Origin: Macrostomum lignano
Taxonomy: Eukaryota
Reading direction: 5' to 3'
Length of the DNA: 64,000 nucleotides
Assembly (NCBI GenBank): GCA_002269645.1
Contig: NIVC01000061.1
Location: 186,001 to 250,000 of the forward strand
The notes below the pieces were generated by a model. The model saw only the letters and a list, made by a program, of their open reading frames with translations. It was not told the origin of the DNA and did no database searches. A program made the translations under genes and the position numbers. Below are positions 12,355 through 24,145 of the stretch, one piece after another. The first letter of the stretch is position 1, and every line of letters begins with the position of its first letter.

Positions 12355-13371
12355 ATGGATGAAATAGATCTTTTCGCAGACTTTGAAGATTTATTAGGAG
12401 ATTTTACTATCCCAGTAGGTGGACAAGAGGCGGTATTCGCCCAGCAGCAGCAATAGGCGGTAGTCGCCCACCAACAGCAGCAAGAGGCGGTAGTCGCCCA
12501 GCAGCAGCAGCAAGAGGCGGTAGTCGCCCAGCAGCAGCAGCAGGCAGTAGTCGCCCATCAGTCAGAAACAATAGTTAAGAACAAACAGGAAGCGTCAGAA
12601 ACGATAGTTATTGAAGATCAAGAAGCAGAGGCAGCCATCGGCCAAGGAAGAAGCACCCGACTAAAGTCTGTGGTAATACGGCCGGCAGCACAGAAGGTGC
12701 CTGTACCGCATAATCCGCAGGCTCGAGCGTCATTGCTACGTGATCAAGCCAACAGACCAGTCGAAATAAGCAACAGCATTCGCAAGCGACAGCCGCCAGG
12801 AGCGAACGCGACTCAGTTTATTACCATCAAACAGCCTAGATCCATTCTGCCGCGACAGCAGTCACGGCCGCAGCCAACAGTCATGTCATCGCAAAGTACG
12901 TCATCGGCGCAGCCTCAGGCCCCGGCCGTTGGAATGCAGGCAGCCTCGGCAGTGACACCAAGAAGCCACCGGTCGCAGAACCCAATGGCCTTGGGGGCTA
13001 ATTTCACGGCTGTGCTGCAGGAAGTCCCGACTTATCTTCAAGAACCATACAAGCAGGCCATCATGAAGATCAAGTCTTACCTGCTCAGCGTGGCTTTGCT
13101 TAGAGTAGATGGGAGAGGCTTCTTGCCTCAAACCAAAGAGCCAGAAACGGCAATCGAGGATCTTCAGGCCAACTTTACGCATGAGCAGTGTATAGCGGCC
13201 TGGCGAAGGGCTGTTACGTACGCTCTGCACGATCTCACCCAGTCGGCTTGGTTTTACCAGCAGGCACAGCTGCGGTTCGAGGTCTGCTGGATGGCCGACA
13301 AGTTGGGATGGCCAGTCAAGAACAGCTTGCCAACAGAATTCGGTATGAATATAGGTAATAGGCGTAATTAA
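12355..13371 (+). pseudogene. Extra ORF3 of the Gypsy element, unknown function, one in-frame TAG
   Basis: ATG 12355 is in frame with ORF 12670-13371. Single TAG at 12454-12456 lies within a QEAVVAQQQQ repeat. TATATAAAAA at 12276-12285. Confidence 0.6.
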
Positions 13372-13392
13372 CATTTTGCTGACACTCATGAA

Positions 13393-13655
13393 TCTGCTTA
13401 ATCTGTATTTCTTAATCTGTGCCATGGTGCTATTTTGCTTATTCATTTGCTTAATCTGTACTTATTTATTTGCTTAATCTGTACTTATTCATATTGCTTA
13501 ATCTGTGCTATGATGCTACCGTACTATTCATTTGCTTAATCTGTACTTATTCATATTGCTTAATCTGTGCTATTTTGCTTATTCAATTGCTTAATCTGTA
13601 TCCGTACTTATTCATTTGCTTAATCTGTACTTATTCATATTGCTTAATCTGTGCT
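13393..13655 (+). repeat. Degenerate TGCTTAATCTGT array in the Gypsy 3' UTR, about 11 copies
   Basis: Recurrent 12-mer with variable short spacers between ORF3 and the PPT. Confidence 0.8.
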
Positions 13656-13827
13656 ATGATGCGATTTTCCTTTAATATTTAGCTCACTCATGCTATTCAT
13701 TTGCGTAATTTGTGTTATGGTGCTGAGTATCTGTATTGTTCTCGTATGCTACTTATAGTATTATTCATGTAATTTGTATTTTTTCACTCATATAATTAAT
13801 TCAAAAATCCAATTCAGGGAAGCCAGC

Positions 13828-14890
13828 TGTAATAGGGTCGATCTTTTATTCTTACTAATAGTAGTTTTAAGCGGGTTTAATGAGCTATTTTTACTCAGCC
13901 AATCAGTGAATTTCCTTGTTTAAATCCCTAAATTGTTTTGTTTTAAATAATCTCAGCCAATGGAGTTTAATACTTTGTTAAAATTTCGTAAACTATTTTT
14001 GTTATAATTAATTTCAACCAATCAAATTGAGTTTTATCCCCTATATAAACGAAACAATTTACCAAAAATAAAAGTAACTTGCTCTTCCGCGAATCTTCGC
14101 GAGCTCGCTCTCAATCGGAGAAGCAGCGTTTGACATTCAAACCAAAACGTAAGTTGAAACCTGCGAGTCTTAGTTCTTTGTACGAATACAGGACTAGGGA
14201 TCAGAATAGGGAGAAACCAGAGGTCGTGGAGACCCAGAACTAGGGATCAGAATAGGGAGAAACCAGAGGTCGTGGAGGCCCAGAACTAGGGATCTGAATA
14301 GGGAGAAACCAGAGGTCGTGGAGACCCAGAACTAGGGATCTGAATAGGGAGAAACCAGAGGTCGTTGAGACCCAGAACTAGGGATCAGAATAAGGAGAAA
14401 CCAGAGGTCGTGGAGACCCAGAACTAGGGATCTGAATAGGGAGAAACTAGAGGTCGTGGAGATCCAAGATAAAGGTCTAAAAATAAGGAGAAATTTAAGG
14501 TCGTACAGACTCTAAGAAAGCCGTACTGGCTAATAATAGGTATTAGGGGCTAGGAGATTAGGCATTAGAGGAGTGAATTAGCTACTGCTGGACACCCTTG
14601 ATCCTCGGAAAACGCTAGGCTTTCGGACTAAATTAGGGAATTAGACAGTGTCTTACCGCTCGGGCACTACACGCTATCACAAGGTTTCTGAGAAATCGTG
14701 TGAAATTAGAGAAAGGTCATAGTTTAGGGCAGCCAATACTACTAGAAATAGGCAGCTTAGTGATAAGAGCCAGAAAGTCTGTAAAGACTCGGTGGCTTTA
14801 CGGTGAAATCGCAGTTAGGAACGATTACGTCTGCGACAACTTGGTGACATCTAGTGGGATCTAGAAGAAGGAGGAAACACGTCTGTGACA
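13828..14890 (+). repeat. Gypsy 3' LTR (1063 bp, 6 copies of the 46-bp unit)
   Basis: Direct repeat of 5464-6390; the 136-bp length difference equals 3x46 minus a 2-bp indel. Confidence 0.95.
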
Positions 14891-15705
14891 GTATTGTACA
14901 CTCATTCACCTTTAAATATCGACCTAGAGTATCTTGCTCAAAATATACTCTTTTTGTTCTTATCGCTTATAGCTAAATGTCTCGATTGTCATATAGTTAT
15001 CCTAACAACCATTTTGGTAGCAGAGCGTTCTTTGTCATTAAAGGTGAGATTTGTCCACGCAAGCCAAACATAGCAGAATGCAAGCAGATGAGAAGACATT
15101 CGAAATTGGCTGAACAGCCAGAGAAGCGTTCAACAAAAGACCAAGGGGATTTGCGACAACAAAAGACCAAGTTTAAGTCTGTGCTGACCAAGAATCAAAA
15201 CAAACTGGCCTGGCTACTACAAGACGGTTCTGAAAAGAGCGAAATTCAGCACTAATGCAAAGTCGTAACCGAGATCTTCGAGGGAACAATCAAGGCGCTG
15301 TGCAAGTTGAGCGACGAGTTGCAACGAAACAACAGCGACGCAGCACAGCACTCTCGGCTGCTCGATGAAATAGAAACCGTCGAGGAGGACTACGGCGTCA
15401 ACATGCGAGGTCCAGCGTTTCCTAGCAACTCAGCAGTCACCATCTGCAACGGCGCAAGTGCCTCAGGTGGCACCCGCGGCCTGGGAGCGGCGGCTCGCAC
15501 CCGAGACCTCAGAAGATCCGAGGCAGGCCCAGTCACAACAACAGCAGCAACAGCCACACTTGGAAATCAGTGGCTATGGTGAGTTTGGCAACGAGTTTGC
15601 TCCAAACCATGCCAGTAGACCCGAGGCAGAACAAGCTAGCTTAGCGGGAGGAACTGCTGGCAGTCAAGGTGCGAGATCTATAGAACACGAACTGTCAAAA
15701 GACCT

Positions 15706-18700
15706 TTGAAAAAAAGGCGTCGAGTTGAAATTCCTACCTTCTACGGGGAAAAACAGCAGTACAAGGTGTGGAAGGCAGCGCTCATGGCTTGCATCGATAG
15801 GGCTCCAGCAACACCAGAGTTCAAACTGCTGCAGTTGCGTCAGTACTTGCGTGGATTAGCGCTGAAGGTAATAGAGCACTTGGGTCATTCGGCTGCTGCC
15901 TACTAGGCGGCCAAGGAGAGATTGGAGCGTGAGTACGGCGGCAAGCAACGACAGTTGGCGCACTACTTGGAGGAGCTAGATAGTTTTCTACCCGTGAAGC
16001 AGAATAGTGCCAAGGAGCTGAAGAAATTCGCAAACATCCTTGATGTGGCTGTAATTAATTTGGAAGAAGCTGGTAAGAACTCCGAACTTAGTGATGGACT
16101 ACTTTATGCTAGACTGCAAAAAAGCTACTGGAACCAATGGTCACAGCATTTCGTCGATGGATCTTCGAGAAGGCGAAAGCAGAAGGCATTAGGACCCTTT
16201 GAGAGTGGGTTTTGCGCGAGGCAGAGTTCCGGACTGAGGCAGCAGAAATTGTGTACAGGGTGGCTGCATTGAGTCAGGAGCAACCAAGAAAGGACAGCAA
16301 GCAAAAAGCCTTCCATGTAGGTAGCTAAGCAAGAGCTCAAGCAAGGAGAGCTACTCCTGTGTTGTCTGCAAGGAGGCTCACGGTTTATGGAAGTGTCCGG
16401 CGTTCGCGAAGCTGTCATCTGAGAATCGATAGAAGGCTGCTCAGGAGGCCAAAGGTTGTTTCTGCTGTCTTGGCCATGGTCACACCGGTATGAACTGCCA
16501 ACGAGGTCAAAAGTGCGGCGTTGATGGATGCACCAAATCCCACCATCATCTGCTGCATTCAATAGCAAGATCGGAATCGAAAGACAAGCCAGAAGTAAAA
16601 GCCGGTGCTGAGCAAGAAATGCAGTTGCAGCCAAAAGCTGCAACCGTGACAATGGTCGCTAGAGAAGCCAGTGCGGTTTCACTTCAAATAGTTCCGGTCA
16701 TTCTTAAGGCGAATAGGCGAGCGGTGAAGGTCAATGCCTTACTTGATGATGCCAGCACAAAGATCTATTTGAATACGGCGATAGCATCTAAGCTTTGTTG
16801 CACGGCAAACAGGAATCAATACAGGTAAACGTGTTGAATGGACAGGTGGAAACCTTCATAACAGCACCAGTGTCATGCACCTTGGAGAGTACTGATGGCC
16901 AAATAAGCAAGGAGATTACTGTGCTGACGGTAGATAGAGTGACCGGGAACATAGAAGTAGTAGATTGGCAAACATTAGTGTCGAAATGGTTGCACTTAGC
17001 AAACATTCCATTTCTAAGAATGCAAACACCAGCGGAGGTTGACTTGCTGATCAGAGTTGATCATCCAGACTTACATGCATCACAGTTGGAAGTGACCGGC
17101 AACCCAGGAGATCCGCAAGCACGGCTAACACCTTTAGGTTGGACTTGTATCGGTAGAGTTGATGGAGCTTCGGAGCACGCATTGTTTGCAAACACATTCT
17201 TCAGCCGAGGCGGGTCTGAGAATCTAGCGCCACTGTTACGCCAGTTTTGGGAAGTAGAAGAAGTGAGAAGCATTGAACCATCTTCATTTACTAATGCAGA
17301 GCAGCTCGCTTTGGAAAGAACTCGATCATTGCTAAAGTTTGTCAATGGGCGATACCAAGTTGGCATTCCGTGGAAACCGGATGTCACATTTAAAGATAGC
17401 AACTTTGAAATGGCTATCAGGCGGCTTGCAAATACCAAAAAGAGGCTCCGCAAAGATCCGGATCTAGCAAAGCAGTATCAGGACGTCATCAGTTGCTATG
17501 AAAATGTTGGCTACATCAGAAGAGTACTGGAGCATGAGCAACAACTAGCGAACAGGTATCACCTTTCTCATTTCCCAGTGGTTTGGATGGATAAGGCAAC
17601 TACCAAGGTGCGCATCATCTTTGATGCTTCAGCTGGCGGTGAGGAATCATTGAATAGCCTGATGCTGGCAGGACTGAAGCTTCAGAAAGATCTGGTTGAT
17701 GTGCTCCTGCGCTTCAGGAGACATCCAGTGGCGGTTGCTTGCGACATTTCTGAAATGTACTTGCAAATTGCGATAGCACCAGAAGATCGGGCAGCGCACA
17801 GCTTTCTGTGGCGGGACATAGATCCAACAAAGGTACCACAGACATTCAAGTTCAACCGAGTGGTTTTTGGAGCAACGAGCTCACCATTTCTGGCGCAATT
17901 CGTGACTCAGGAGCACGCGAAAAAGCTGAAGCAGGAGTTTCCATCGGCTGCAGAAACAGTGCTCCAGTCAACTTACATGGATGACTGCCTGGATTCGAAG
18001 AAGACTGATTCAGAGGCTATTCAGTTGTATCAAGAGCTGAGCCAATTGTAGGAGCGAGCTGGCACTCACGCTAGGAAGTGGATTTCAAACTCAAGAGCAT
18101 TGCTTGCGTGTGTAGCACCAGAGGATAGAGTTGCGGAGGTGAGCCTGGATGGTCAGCCATTGCCAGTTTCGAAGACGCTTGGAGTAGTCTAGAAAGTGAG
18201 GACAATGAATTCACCTTTGTTGCTGATAGCAAGCTAAGGCCAGTCAAGTCAAAGAGAGATCTGCTAAAGAGATTGGCTTCAGTGTACGATCCTCTCGGAC
18301 TGATAGCACCTTTCACTACAAAGGCAAAGATACTACTGCAGGAGCTCTGGTGCAGCGGCCTTCATTGGGATGAAGCGCCAGACAAGGCTCTGCAAAGGAG
18401 GTTTCAAGCATGGTGTGCTGACCTGATGAAGCTGAACTGCTTTCGAGTTTATCGCTGTCTGCAGTTCTATTGCGTGCCTATGCATTCTCAGCTTCACTGC
18501 TTTGTCAATGCTTTGGAGAAGGCCTACGGAACAGTGTGTTATCTATGATGCAAGTACACCGACGCCTTGATATCCGTTCAGCTCATCGCTGCCAAGTCTT
18601 GAGTTGCACCCATAGCAATTATGAGCATTCCGAGGCTGGAGCTGATGGCAGTGGTCATTGGGCTGAATCTAGCGGTCAAGATTGCCAAGGCACTAGAGAT

Positions 18701-20560
18701 GAACATCAAAGATGCGGTATTCTGGTCGGACAGCATGAATGTTCTGTTTTGGATTCGTGGAAGAGGACGCTTCTTTAAACCATTCGTTACGAACCGCATC
18801 GGAGAAATCCAGCAGGCAACTGATCCGAACCAGTGGAGACACGTGCCAACGGCATGCAATCCTGCCGATCTGCTGTCAAGAGGCGCAATGATAACTCAGC
18901 TGGCCGAGGATCAGAAATGGAAAACGGTCCAGAGTTTTTACATCATGACAATTACAAGTGGCCAAGTACCAGGTTGGAGCGACCAGCAGACCTGGAGACG
19001 AAAGGTTCGGCGAAAGATTCAGTCCCGTCCAAAGCGGTCATGTGTGCAACAATAATCACCAGCGAGCAAATAAAGCATCAAGTAGAGTGGCTCGACCCGA
19101 GCAGGTTCTCTAGCTAGATGAAATTCCTGAGGGTAAATGCCTGGATTAGCAGATTTGCCAACAATTGTCGCTTCGAACCACAGTACTGAACTTGAGGAAA
19201 GCTGCAGGCGGCGGAGCTGGAAGACGCGGAGTTAAGAATCATCAAGGATGTACAGCAAGATGCATTCAGCATGGAGCTTTCCGCCTTGAGGAAGAACAAG
19301 AGCGTTTCTGAGAGCAGCAAGCTGGCTAGAATGCATCCAAGACTCAATCCTAGCGGCGTTCTTCGCTCAGAGAGCCGTCTACAGTTGGCCGAAGCATTGC
19401 CGATTACGGCGATTAGTATCAGATCACTAATCATCTTGCCAAAGTGCCATCACGTGACAGAATTAATAATCAAGCACCATCACGAAAAAGCATATCACAT
19501 GGGCACCAATCAAGTACTTGCTGCAGTGACTGCTCGATTTTGGATCCCAGCTGCCCGAGAGGCCATCCGAGCTTGGGAAGTCAAGTGTGCTGAGTGCAGG
19601 AGAAGAAAGGCACAGCCAGCTTCGCAGTTGATGGCACCACTGCCTCCCAGTCAGCTAGACCATTAAGAGCATTTACGAAAGTATCAATAGATTTTGGAGG
19701 TCCATTCCTAACAAAGCAGGGTCTGGGACGTGTGCGTCAGAAGCGGTACCTTGCGCTCTTCACTTGTATGGCAACGCGTGCAGTTCATTTAGAAATGGCA
19801 TACGGCCTTGATGCAAGCAGCTTCCTAAACGTGTTGTTTTGCATGATCAGTCACTGAGGTCAAGTTCTGGAAATCTTCTCAGTCAATGGAACTAATTTTG
19901 TTGGTGCGGATAGAGAACTAAAGGAGCTGTGCAAGTCGATGGACAAGAACGCATTGCAGTCACGCACATCTCACGTACCGATCAAGTGGCACTTTAATCC
20001 GCCTGCGGCTCTGCACTTCGGCAGCATGCATGAGTCAATGATAAAATCAGCAGAGAGCGATAAATGCGATCCTGAGATCAGCAGAAGTCAGCAATGAGCA
20101 GCTTGTAACAGCATTTGCCAGAGCAGAGTCGCTGCTGAACTCACGGCCTTTGACCTACCAGTCATCCCATCCTGGTGACAATCCAGTCCTGATGCCAGCG
20201 CACTTCCTGTACGGGCACTTTGGTGGACAGCTGGCACCGGAGATCTCGGCTGACGAGGTGTTCAACCCAACCAAGCGGTGGCGCTACGTGCAGCAGCTGG
20301 TGCAGTCATTTTGGCGGCAATGGCTCCGAGAGTGGCTGCCTGGCCTCAGTGCGAGAACCAAATGGCAGTGAGAGCAGCCCGACCTCAAGCCCGGGGACGT
20401 CGTGCTGTATATCTGTCCGGACAGCCCTCGGGGTCACTGGCCTCTGGCTTGAGTCCTAGAGGTGTACCCAGGTCGAGACAGCCATGTTCGAAGAGCAAAG
20501 GTGCAGCTGGTAGACAAGGTTCTGACGTGGCCAATGAACAGACTGTGCCCATTGATTACT
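15706..20560 (+). pseudogene. BEL/Pao gag-pol polyprotein, fragmented by many stops and frameshifts
   Basis: EIPTFYG..KLLQLRQYLRG gag, CQRGQKCGVDGCTKSHHHLLH knuckle, ALLDDAS protease, RIIFDAS/FGATSSPF/YMDD RT, IPRLELMA/NPADLLSRG RNase H, IDFGGPF/AVHLE integrase, KRWRYVQQLVQSFWRQW tail. Confidence 0.92.
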
Positions 20561-21178
20561 GATTGAAGGCTGACTATGACTCACTGATTGATGGACTGTA
20601 ACTGTTAATCCCTGTGTTGATTTGTATTTTCATTTTTGTCATTTTGTCATTATCTTTTTTGTCGCTTTCTAGACTGTTTTTTTGCGGTGTGCGAATGATT
20701 ACTTAGTTTCATTTTGTTTGTTTGTCAAATACGTTCATTTTGGTCATGTTTAAATTTTGAGCTTGGTGTTTGTTTGCCTTCGTAATTTAGGTTTTTAATT
20801 TTTTGAATCAATTATTATTTATATAATCCAAATTTAACCATGTTGCATTGCAATTTCACGTTGTCCTTTGTCTTGTAATCAGATCACTCTCTAGTAATGG
20901 GTTGATTGTCTTAAAATCATTTTTCGTGAAATGCTATACAACTGCAGTTTATGATTTGAACTCAAGAGCATTTCTTTTCTTTTTCTACATTTTCCGGTAT
21001 TGTAACAGAGCCTAGCAAGACAATTTTGTTTAGTCAAGTCTTTGTACAATTACGAAATGTGTAAGTTCTGCATCATAGTTTTTTTGCATCTGCATCTTTA
21101 TCTCATAGGCTTTTCTTCCACTGCCACTCATTTTCAAAATTTTGCGTTTTTGCCATAGACATATCAAGGTGGGGGATA

Positions 21179-21451
21179 TGTTCTAGAGCTGCCACTGTTT
21201 TGCAATATTTGTTGTACTTGTCCATTGCAATCATTAATTGTACGCTCAATTAGGCTAAAATATATATCTTGTTCGTATGTACATTCACCCAAATTTATTG
21301 ATCGCCCCGCCCCATATTGCGCTCAATCGTATTGTATGCTCATTCACCTTTCTTTAAATATCAATCTAGAATATCTTGCTCAAAATATACTCTTTTTGTT
21401 TTCATCGCTTATAGCTAAGTGTCTTGATTGTCATAGTTATTCTAACAACCA
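21179..21451 (+). repeat. BEL/Pao 3' LTR (273 bp)
   Basis: Colinear with 5310-5463 plus 14895-15011, about 16 substitutions and one small indel by eye. Confidence 0.92.
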
Positions 21452-22860
21452 TGTCACTTGACAATGTTGAAAGTTATAGCAACAGCAAAAGGTGAATAAA
21501 ATAAAATATTTTTGTCATAATATTTATCAATAATATCAATTGTAAAGAATGCAAATGTTTGCAATTATCTTTGTGTAGATTGCATTTTTTAAGCAAAGCA
21601 GCATCCCTAAAAAATTCAATAGTATTGGACTATTGGGAAAATTAGAAAATTGTATTGGAAGTTACCAAAGTCCAATGGGCCCCCTAATATAATACTGTCA
21701 AAAAGTATCAGCTTCCAATATAAAATATGCATGTATTATTTAGCATATATAGATGATGTTATTTTTTCAAACTATTTTATACATAGGCTTACTTAGGCTA
21801 CAGTTTTCTCAGAGGCCCTTTTATTCTTAGGTTACATACAGTGATACAAATAAATGGCCATGATCATATCATAGTCCATACTCTATCCATGACCATCCAT
21901 GGTAAGAGTTTATAATAGAGTTGGCCTATATTTATAGTATAGCACATTTTTATCATTTTATTCGGTTTCATTTACTATGACTAGTTGACTGAAAGAAATA
22001 GTTATAGGCCTAAATTTAGTATATTTGGATTAAAAATTACGAGCGCTCGTAATTGTGCGCGCGACAATATTTTTGCGCATTAACTTTGCTCTCTCGATTT
22101 CCCCTTTTGTTTTCTTGGAACTATGGTTTTTGTAATGTGCCAAATTAGTCATAACAAAAAGAGTTGACATGGATTCATGGAAAGCAGTATTCGCAAGCCT
22201 TTGTGCATGCTTATAGGTCGCATAACTCAGGTTCTAGTCATTTCGTCAACTGGCGTTTCGTCAACTGGCCATTTCGTCAACTCGGTTTTATCACTGGTCG
22301 TTTTGTCAACTAACCAATGAAGCGATCTCAAACCTCGGTCACTTCGTCAACTGGCCAACAGGAAGTGTTCCAACATTGGTCACTTCGTCAACTGCCAATA
22401 AACTACCCCCCGCAGCCGCAAAAATATAAAACTGAACCCCTGAAATGACTAAGTCGACAGGCTAATTAATATTCATACCCTTCTGCAACATCTGCCGGCT
22501 TTCGATCGATGCGTCTCTGACATTATACGCTTGTACATGTACTAAAAAAATATAATGCGCTCATGTGTTTGAAACGTGTGCAGCACGAAGGGGTTGATGT
22601 CCCGTGTTACACATTTGTATGTGTTAAATTTTAAATGCAGAAGTTAATTAATTGAAGTAGAACATGTAGTTGAGGAGAACCCCGACCAAAGATAACGCTT
22701 GAATTGTGGCCGGGTCCTCTATTCGCAAAACATACATATAGAAAGCATTCCAAATCAAGCCATTACATACATGAATGTGGTCATGTATGACTGCGCAGCA
22801 GGTCGCTTGGACGGAACAGGTCGGCGCAGTGATAAAGCCGCGTTGGTCACTCGCGTAGGC

Positions 22861-22974
22861 GATCTTGAAGGCGGCGCGCAGCAGGCCAGCGTGCGCCGCG
22901 TCAACTTGTTGCTCGAGCGACTTCATCAGCGTTCAGGTCTTGACAGTGTACAGCAGGACGGTCTCGATCACCGC
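22861..22974 (-). pseudogene. RTE-type non-LTR retrotransposon fragment (post-RT region)
   Basis: Translates AVIETVLLYTVKT*TLMKSLEQQVDAAHAGLLRAAFKI, matching the V.SVLLY..ETWTLT...E..LD......LLR motif. Confidence 0.7.
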
Positions 22975-23585
22975 CTCGCCTGGAACAACGCTGCCCTCTA
23001 GCGGTCAGCTGTACATTAAGCTGGCCTCGGACTGCAGGACTCCCCAGACTACATGTAAATGTACTGTAGCTCAAGCCAGTAGTGTCGGAACATATTTCAG
23101 AGTGGGGGGGGGCTATTGATGGGAGGGCAAATTGCACATAATTTCTTCTAATCTAAGGACACCCGGCAAACTCACTGCTGTTATATCAGTTTGTGGCATT
23201 ATGACATAACCAGGCCAGCCAATATTCAATTCTGTGTTGGAGTAGCCAAAAGTCTGAAAATGTTCAAATTTTCAACTCATTCAAACATTGCGCAACTGTA
23301 CTGCACTCATTTCAAGGACTGCGCTGCGCTTAAGTGACTTCGGTGGTCCTTGACTAATTTATTTAGTACGCTCGTATATAGTCATAGATATCTCAAATGA
23401 ATGAAAATTGCAAGGGCAAGACCAGTAATTTTCTGGATCTCTTGGCACTGTCTCTATTCTTTTAGCTGACGGCATTTTAGTGATTTTGGTTGCAGCGCCC
23501 GCAGCGGTTTAATTAAGTCTTGGGATTGCGGCAGACTCGAAATTTCGATCAGAGGCGCCAAAGGAGAAGGGCTAAATAGCTAAAA

Positions 23586-24145
23586 CAGGGGTCGTCAAAC
23601 TCCAGTTCGCGGGCCACATGTGGCCCGCAAAGCCTCTCTATCCGGCCCTCGAGTCCTTTGAAACTTCACAATAGAAATCCGGACCGCTCAATTTTTGTCT
23701 CTTTTCAGCTCTCTTCTCTCACCTCTCTCTTCTCTCTCACCTGTCCTCTCCTCTCCTCTCTACTTTCCTCTTATCTCCTCACCTCTCTCCTCTCCTCTTC
23801 CTTTTCTTCTCCATTCTCTTCTCCCTTCCCTCCTCTCTCGATCCTCTCCTCTCCTCTCTCTTCTATTTCGTCTCTTCTCTCCTCTCGATCGATCCTCTCC
23901 TATTTCATCTCTCCTCTCGATCGTATACTCTCTTATCCTTATTCCTTCGCCTCTCCTTTCTTCTACGAGTACGCCAGCCTCCATTTCTTTTCTCCATTCC
24001 CTATCCTCTCTCCCTCCTTTGGCTTGCAATCATCAGGGACTCCTGCGTGCATTTTGCTTAGGGGCCCAGCGAAGCGGACCCAGAAGGGCAGTCATTGCGC
24101 TAGGTTCTCAATCTGGCCCTTGAGGTAAAAAGTTTGCTGACCCTA
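23586..24145. mobile_element. hAT/Charlie-like non-autonomous element with CT-rich interior
   Basis: Left end CAGGGGTCGTCAAACT..GCGGGCCACATGTGGCCCGC; right end GGCCCTTGAGGTAAAAAGTTTGCTGACCCTA. TSD not clean. Confidence 0.6.

Larger units (their letters stand above)
5464..14890 (+). mobile_element. Ty3/Gypsy LTR retrotransposon, near full length, nested in the BEL 5' LTR
   Basis: LTRs 5464-6390 and 13828-14890 (TGTAATA...GTGACA), about 6 substitutions seen by eye. 4-bp TSD ATAT/GTAT; the empty site in the BEL 3' LTR reads GTAT. gag-PR-RT-RH-IN order. Confidence 0.96.
5310..21451 (+). mobile_element. BEL/Pao LTR retrotransposon, degenerate, with 5' LTR interrupted by a Gypsy insertion
   Basis: 5' LTR is 5310-5463 plus 14895-15011; 3' LTR is 21179-21451 (TG...CA). 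Perfect 5-bp TSD TGTCA at 5305-5309 and 21452-21456. PBS TGGTAGCAGAGCG at 15015 and PPT AAGGTGGGGGATA at 21166-21178. Internal PR-RT-RH-IN order with Pao motifs. Confidence 0.93.

Noticed and set aside
12901-13446. 181-aa antisense ORF in the Gypsy 3' region
   Set aside because: Starts within the UTR repeat array and shadows ORF3; no motif support.
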